Shown piece by piece: positions 56,260 through 64,000 of a stretch of 64,000 bases of DNA (positions are counted from its first letter, which is position 1; each line of letters starts with the position of its first letter). Source of the DNA: Adineta vaga (lineage: Eukaryota > Animalia > Rotifera); the NCBI GenBank assembly GCA_021613535.1, contig CP075492.1:6138001-6202000 (forward strand), in the 5' to 3' direction. The notes under the pieces were generated by a model, which made no database searches, was not told the DNA's origin, and was given only the letters and a program-made list of their open reading frames with translations. Position numbers and translations under genes: made by a program.

Positions 56260-59115
56260 ATGCTTGCAGAGCGTCCTAAGAAAAGGGATGTGAAATCTCA
56301 GCAAAACTTAAGAGACAAAGTAAAAAGGAATATTTTTTTCTATTGTTATTATCATCTATACATAATACTTAATCATTTTTTCAGCTTGAGACTGAAGTTG
56401 AACTTGCTAACTTTCCATCAGTCTCGACACAATCAATAGTGCCAGTTGCCAGCGTCATACAGGTATGATAATTATACGATCGTATTTTGATATGTATTCG
56501 GATTTGATTTCAATACATATTCTATTGTGTATGTCATCTCACTGATTTAGACAGGTAAACATCTTGCTTCTCAAGGGAATTATCGTGATGCAATCCACAT
56601 TTTCAATGGAATATCACCGCCTACATTTGAATCCCTTTATTATTGTGGATGTGCTCGTCTTGAATTAGGTGACCGAATCGAAGTCTTCAATGCAATTGAT
56701 AATTTCAATCAAGCATTGAATTTATCACCATGTCAACAAGATTCGAATTTATACTACAAACGTGCTTTTGCATTCCAATTAGTTGGTCGTTATGTTGAAG
56801 CCATTCTTGATTATACGACTTATATTGAAAAAAATCATCATATTCCTGCTCATCAAGGGTACTTAAGTCGAGGCCTTGTATATAATGATATCAAAGAATA
56901 TCACAAAGCGTTGGATGATATTAAATTTGCTAATCAATTTTGTCCGTTACCATCGAAATATTATCTCTACTGTTTGGGACAAGCTCAGTTCTTGATAGGT
57001 CAGAATTCTGACGCACAACAAACATTTTCTAATCTTGCAAAATTATGCAAGAATGAATTTAATACAATAAATCAATCATTCGATAGTTTTTTCTATTATG
57101 GGATTGCTCAATATGAATTGGGTGACTATCCTGATGCTTTGAAGTACTTTAGGGAAGCCCTAGAATATGTACAGAATAAAAAACATCGGACTGATACAAT
57201 ATTTAATATAGGACTGACCGCATATGCATGTGGTGACATGGATCTTGCTAAAACGGCATTTACTGATGTAATTCAACTCGATGAAAATCATGCAAAAGCT
57301 AAATTTCGACTTGGAATGATGTTAAATCAAGACGATCGCTCTTATAATGAAGCATTGAATTTATTAACTGAAGCTCATAAATTAGCACCACATAGATCAG
57401 ACATATTATATGAACGAGGAGAATTGTATTACAAATTAGGCCAACTTGGTGCAAGTATTCAAGATAAACGACTTGCTCTACAGCTTCAACATACAGAGAT
57501 TGATCCATCAATTCTTAAAAATCAGTATGAGGTAAGACGATGTCTCTTTCATCACTAGAAATTCTAAAATCAGCACACATTTCATTTATTTTAGCTTCTT
57601 AAACAACAACTATTATCGAAGATAAAATCGCCATCAACTTTACCAAATGTTTATCTTCTATTTGCAATATTATCCGAAAAATCTTCGATGCCATCACAAA
57701 ATGGGACTAAAAAGCATCTATCTAATGGAGAATATCGCCGTTTAATCTCATATTATGATCAAGCAATCGAAAAAGATCCGTGTAGTCTTAATACAACTTA
57801 TACATTTGCTCTCCGTTATCAATTACATAAAGATAAGAAACATTATGCATCAGCAATGATCAATCTTGATCAATTCAATGATGTTCTTGATAAATATCCA
57901 AACATTGAAAAAAGCTGGAATGAAATGTTAATCGGTATGACGAAAAAACAAAACATTTCTCAATCTGGAGATCTTCATTCTCTACTCGAAATGGAAGATA
58001 TAAAAAAGTTTACGCAAACTATGGATGAAAAAAAAATCAATGATATGGTTATGACACTTTTAAACAGCAAATTTCAAGAATTCACTAAAATTAATTCAGA
58101 TCGAAACAAAGTCAAACTTGATGAAGATTCATTTGCCGATGATCAAAATCAAAATCGTCGCATTTTCTATCGAAAAATGCGAGCTTCACTTTCGCACAAG
58201 TTTACAGCCATGGCAGTCACTAGTGGTGATGATGAAAATGATCCACTAGTCAAACATGATCGCACAGGAACGACGTCAGAGCAAGTTTCATATACATTGT
58301 TTCTATAGTATTTTATTCACGATTCTCATTTCAGAATTGCCGATGGCTTAGGATATATTGCGGATATTGTCGGTACCGTGGTACCAGTTGGTGGTGAATT
58401 AATAACCTTTGCAGCAGGTCAAATTAGTAATAAACTCAAAGACCATGAGTACGGTAAATATCAAACTCGAATGTCACATATTATCGAAGATCGAGATATT
58501 CTCGAGCTGAATGATTTGGCACGCCGAGTAGCTCGTGAACTTACTGATCGTTATAAAAATCAATTATTGAATATAGCATCAAATTTCGATTCAGTTGTAC
58601 CAACACGTTCATGTTGTCATTCAATATTTCCATGTAAAAATAAAGTCAAACCAACAGATACTGCAACCGAATTGAATCTCATAAAAAGAGTGACTGAATT
58701 CGGTATTGCTTTCGCCATTCAATCCATTCTTAATGGAAATTTCTCTATTCGTACAACACCGGATGATCTCTATATAGACTTAGTCGAATTAATTTGTCGT
58801 GCTGAACCAACATTGAGTAAAAAGATTCGTCAACGGTTACGTTTGAAAAAGAATGAAATTATCTCGTATATCCCATCGAAAGATAATCAAGAAATATTCA
58901 AACCGTGGTATCTTTATGATTTTTATCGAAAACCAGGAATTTACTTGAAAGAAGAAAATGAAACGATGGATAATCAACAACCTTTACCATGGATGGATGT
59001 AGATCTGTATGGTTTTCGATTAGGAACACGTGAAGAATTGAATAATTTAATTGAATTTGATAAAAAACAACCGAAGAAAAAAATTAGAAAATATCTATGT
59101 TGTTGCTTAAAATAA
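56260..59115 (+). CDS. TPR-repeat protein with an unknown C-terminal helical domain, multi-exon
   Basis: Tandem TPRs (YYKRAFA, YLSRGLVY, YERGELYY); GT-AG introns link the ORFs; ends KKKIRKYLCCCLK. Confidence 0.8.
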
Positions 59116-59168
59116 ATATTCTAGAAGACCAAATATTTTTTCAGATTAATTACATTTTTACTTTAAAC

Positions 59169-61206
59169 ATGCCTAGTCCTGATAGAAATCGACATCGACA
59201 ACGTCGTAAATCATTACCGTAAGTTGTCTTTTATTAGAATTTTCCTATCGACAGATAGTTTATTCATTTTAGTCGATCTGCTTCGTTAGATAGTACAGGA
59301 GAACCAAGTTGCTATACTCGAATTTTACAAGCTAGATTACGCGAAGCTAAACGAGTAAAATTATGATCATTGGCTGTTTTAAAAAAGAAATCTTGTATTG
59401 TTGAAAACAGATTGTAGATGGTGATGAACCTGCTGTATCTATGCAAACTCGACATATTCATAATCGACAACATGCTATTCCATTTCGACAACAATATTTT
59501 GAACAATTGACACATGAGTATCAACTATTATTCGGATAATAATCTCATTTTGATTCTAAATTTTACTATATATAGTTTTAAAACGCTCGAGCGACAGTTG
59601 GTAGCAGAACGTCGAAAGGAAAAAGAAGAATATGAGAAAAAATATAATCATGATCGTCAATTACTACTCGTATGTATGATCGAAACATGACACGAACTAT
59701 ACATATATAAAATTTCTTTCATTTTGTTTTTATTTAGGAAGAACATGCAAAAAAACAGCGTGAATTTGAATTGTACAATAATCGTAGCTTAGTTCGAGTA
59801 TGACATGATACTACTTCTATTAAAAGACAATATTTATTAATGAATTTTGTTTTGTTACTTAGGAAGCCTTTGATGCATATTTGAAAAACTCAACACCACA
59901 GTATGTTGAATAATGTTATGATTGAAAAGTTAAGAGAAGAAAAAATCTTTTTAGAGCTCAACTAAAAAGAATTTTTCAATTAGAGGATAATTATACTAAA
60001 TTTAAACAGCAATATGATGACTTAGTTCAAAAGATTAATCAGAATGCGACAAAATACGATGAAGATAAACGAAATCATACGAATGAAATCAGTCAAATCA
60101 CCAATCGATTTGAAAAGTATCTCAATGAATTTAATAATTATAAAGATGTCACAAAAAATATCAATAATGATTTTGAAATGAAATTCAAAGTACTAGAAGA
60201 AAAACAAGAGTTATTAAACAGAGAACAAGAAGAACAGGGATCATCTATCAAAGATCTTTCTTTACAATGTGATAAACTTGGTAAATTATTACAAGAACTT
60301 GAACAAATTATACATGAAAATCAATTAGAAAAACTAACTAAAAGAATCGATGAGATTCAAACTTTAATCAATGAAATACAAGAAGGAATGAAGCATTCAT
60401 TCGATCGAATGCTTACACTCGAAGAAGAAAACCAACAAATTCGACATTTATTCATTCAATCCAACAATTTAACAGCTTTACAATCGCGTATTATTCAAGC
60501 AGAAAATCAACTTATTCATCATAATAATCTCTTAGAACAATTCAATCAGACTATCAATAATCTTCGAGAAATGAATGATCTTACAAGAGTTAAACAAGAT
60601 CTTCAATTGATTCATGATGATTTGCAACAAAAATCAGTTCAAATCGATTATGCAAATTCCACAGCTATCGATGCTATAAATCAGATCGATGGATTACGTC
60701 AATTTTTAACAAACATTAGCGGTCAACTTTCTGATTTTGAGGAAAAATTTTCGAACCTTAAAAATATACCACTGGCACTCAATCACGTACAATCAATCCC
60801 ATATGAATCAAGTAATCATCAACAGTTCAACAATGTAGACGATTATGAGAGAGCACAACAGCAACTAAATGATCTTGCGAGAGAGATAGATAATCTCAAA
60901 AGAATGATGAATACATCGAATGATTCATCGATTGCACAAAATGAAACAGATAGAAATTTAGACATTTTCTTAGACCGTGCGAAACAAGAAATCATGAAAT
61001 TAGTTTTCAATGCATTGAAACAATACAAACAACAGATAGATCAAGCTCAAACAATGATCGAACAGTTAAAAGCACAGATTGATGCATTAGTCACCAGCCA
61101 ATCACGATATCAACCAAGCTCTATACAACCAGTACGACCATCTCGACATATTCCTTATCTGGAATCGTTGGAACCAAAAGATTTATTAACGAATGATTGG
61201 CTATAA
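59169..61206 (+). CDS. Coiled-coil protein, several short 5' exons
   Basis: ATG at 59169 (MPSPDRNRHRQRRKSLP); short exons with GT-AG introns lead into a long heptad-rich exon. Confidence 0.7.
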
Positions 61207-61639
61207 AAAAAGAAACTATCCGTTGCATTGAATCTTGATAAAATAATGAACTACTTAAGAATAAAGTTTCTTTTTTCGTCGAATTTATTTGTTCTTCTAT
61301 CCGTATTCGTGTGCTTTTGAAGAAGAATGAACGTTACTTTGTTCATAGTAAAACATTTCTTTCGAACTCTCAAATCTCAAATAAGAATGTGATTAAAGAT
61401 AGAATCAAAAAAGGATTCTCCAGGATTGTTTTTCTTTACTTAAACAAGCAAAATGAAATGATTCTTTAAGTATCACAGAGAAGTGTAAAAATCAACGAGA
61501 AAAAAATGTAAAGAAAAGAAAATGATCGCACAGAACAGAGAAGAGACCTATATAATGAGCAAATTTTATCGTTTGATTGCTAGTAACTTTTCAAGCGATT
61601 AAAACTTACAATACTTCAAACAACAAACGAACGACAACA

Positions 61640-63676
61640 ATGGCAAACATCAAATCAAGTGGTACCACAACAACTCAACAAGTATCTGTAGTTTCTACAG
61701 AAGTACATCGACATCTACAATTCAATGTTCAAAATGCCCAGGATGTTCTTCTAGTATGGTTAGACAGCAAAATTAGTAACAACAACGAAGACTGCCAGAA
61801 TACTTTCAGTCACTTACAATGTGCTGTTAGCGATGTCAAAGCATACACAGACAGTATAGATTGTATTCAGTATATTGAAACAATCAATGATCGTATAGTA
61901 TTTATGCTTGTATCGGATTCGCTTGGACAACATGTTATACCTCGTATACATAATCTGTCTCAAGTAGATTCGATTTTTATTTTTGATGGTAACAATAGTC
62001 GACAGGAAGAATGGATGAAAGAATGGTCAAAGATTAAAGGAATCTTTACAGAAATAATGTCGGTATGTGGAACTCTTAGACAAGGCTGTACAACAATATG
62101 AACAAAATGTGGCACCTATAAGTTTCGTCGGATTTGGTAAAAGATGGGATCAATTACATCCTTCTTTTATATATACACAAGTCTTGAAAGAAATCGTATG
62201 TACCATCAAATTCGATGATGTATCCTTACAAGATTACGTCGATTATTGTCGTGAAGTTTTTGTCGACAATCAAGAAGAACTGAGTAATGTGGCACTATTG
62301 GAACGTAGATATTATCACCAAACGTTTGGTGGCACAGCTGTGACTGTTTCTTATCTCCTATGCTCAATCGTGGTCTTCGACTAATGGATAGCGTTATCGT
62401 AACACGGATGGGTTTCTTTATTAATGATTTACAACGACACATCGAACAACTATACAAAGAACAATGTACTACTGAAGTCTTCACAGTTTATCATGGACAA
62501 GGATTATCGAGCAAAGATTTTGAACAACTGAAGCAAACCATAGGTGGAATGATATCATTTAATAGTTTCTTGTCTACTAACAAAGTTCTTACAGTGCCAT
62601 TTTCATTTGCTCAACGAACTGCAACTGATCCAAATTTAGTTGGAATTCTATTTGTAATGAAAATAGATCCAATTCAATCAAGTACACCATTTGCTTCAAT
62701 TCGTGGTATTAGTGCCGTTCCAGAAGAAGATGAAGTACTTTTTTCTATGCACAGTGTGTTTCGCATTCAAAATATTAAACCAATAGGTGCAAACAACAAA
62801 CTCTACGAAGTAAACTTGATCCTTGCCAATGGCAATGATAAAGATTTATGCATACTTACTGATCGCATTCAAAAAGATAGTTTTTCAGACGATCAAGGAT
62901 GGTATCGATTGGGTTCAGTACTATATAGGATGCGGCAATATGATAAGGCAGAGGAGATTTATGAAATATTACTTGATCAAACAGCGGAAGAAATTGAAAG
63001 CGCATCAATTTATAATCAACTTGGTTCAATTAAAAATGATCAAGAGAAATATCGAGAAGCACTTATGTTCTACGACAAATCACTTGTTATTAAAGAAAAA
63101 CTTTTGCCTCCAAATCATCCTAGTGTAGCTATGTCGTACAACAATGTCGGTGTGGTATACAAAAATATGAGTGACAATTCAAAAGCAATTTCATTTCATG
63201 AAAAAGCTGTTGCAATTCGACAAAAATCACTACCTGCTGATCATCCAGATTTGGCGATGTCTTATAACAATATCGGTGTGGTATATCAAAATATGGGTGA
63301 TTATACGAAAGCACTTTTATTTTATGACAAAGCTCTTGAAATTTGGCAGCAAGTGCTTCCTTTAAATCATCCTGAATTAGCTATGTGCTACAACAACATC
63401 GGTGTAGTATACAAAAACTTAGGTGATTATACGAAAGCACTTTTATATTATGATAAAGCTCTTACCATTCGACAACAAGCTCTTCCTTCAGATTATCCTC
63501 AGTTAGCTGTGACACACAACAACATCGGTTTGTTGTATGAAAATATGAATTACAACTCAAAAGCTCGTTCATTTTATGAAAGTGCTGTACAACTTGGAAA
63601 ACAATTATTACCAACGAATCATCCTCACCTTCAAACGTATGAAATAAACTTAGAACGTATAAAAAAGAAGTTGTAA
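61640..63676 (+). pseudogene. Receiver-like + ART + 42-aa TPR repeat protein, two frameshifts
   Basis: LVWLD N-domain; ART motifs VYHGQ, FLSTN and EDEVLF; HPxLAMSYNNIG repeats. Frame breaks near 62083 and 62325. Confidence 0.8.
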
Positions 63677-64000
63677 TTCTGATTTATTTTTTTTTCGTTC
63701 TTTATCAACAAGAAAAAGCTATTCAATCAATAATATAGGTGCATACCTATAAAGTAACTTCTTTAGTTCTCTTAAAACACAAAACGGCTGTTAATCTTTG
63801 TTTCCATACACTGAAATTGTGATATAAACAATAATATATACATATATAATTTCATAATGATTAATTGTGATATAGTTTTGGAGGTTTAAACATCGCACTT
63901 ACTCCTTGTGTCTTTCTTTTCCATAATGAAAACCGTTCACATCTGGGACAGTATACTTCAAGTACATCGATTCGTTCGCTACGACATTTCTTCGGTAGAT

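Noticed and set aside
63100-63560. 126-bp periodic repeat resembling an array
   Set aside because: It encodes 42-aa TPR repeats; it is not CRISPR or satellite DNA.

Overview
AT-rich eukaryotic DNA with many short GT-AG introns. The gene repertoire (ART+TPR, RING/TRAF-NHL, F-box, AIG1 GTPases, many foreign-looking genes) most resembles a bdelloid rotifer such as Adineta; this is an inference, as no search was run. About 1-20 kb holds mainly core animal genes: a claudin-like protein, C19orf12-like, a peptide GPCR, PPP1R3, SZRD1, PP2A-B56 and a possible nibrin C-terminal half, plus a cyanase. About 21-64 kb is an accessory, defence-like region. It contains three ADP-ribosyltransferase genes (one a WWE-ART-AIG1 fusion), a DUF4338/Druantia DruA-like gene, and an isochorismatase fused to a glutamine synthetase-like gene through an intron. 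It also holds a non-autonomous CCC-terminal DNA transposon with a 212-bp-arm hairpin, and a co-oriented block of AIG1-like GTPases, a ~970-aa coiled-coil protein and an NSF-like AAA+ ATPase. Further genes there are a fungal-like trypsin protease and a secreted Cys-rich/DNRLRE chimera. Many accessory genes carry frameshifts or premature stops. Family calls come from motif recognition by eye, and exon boundaries were read manually.
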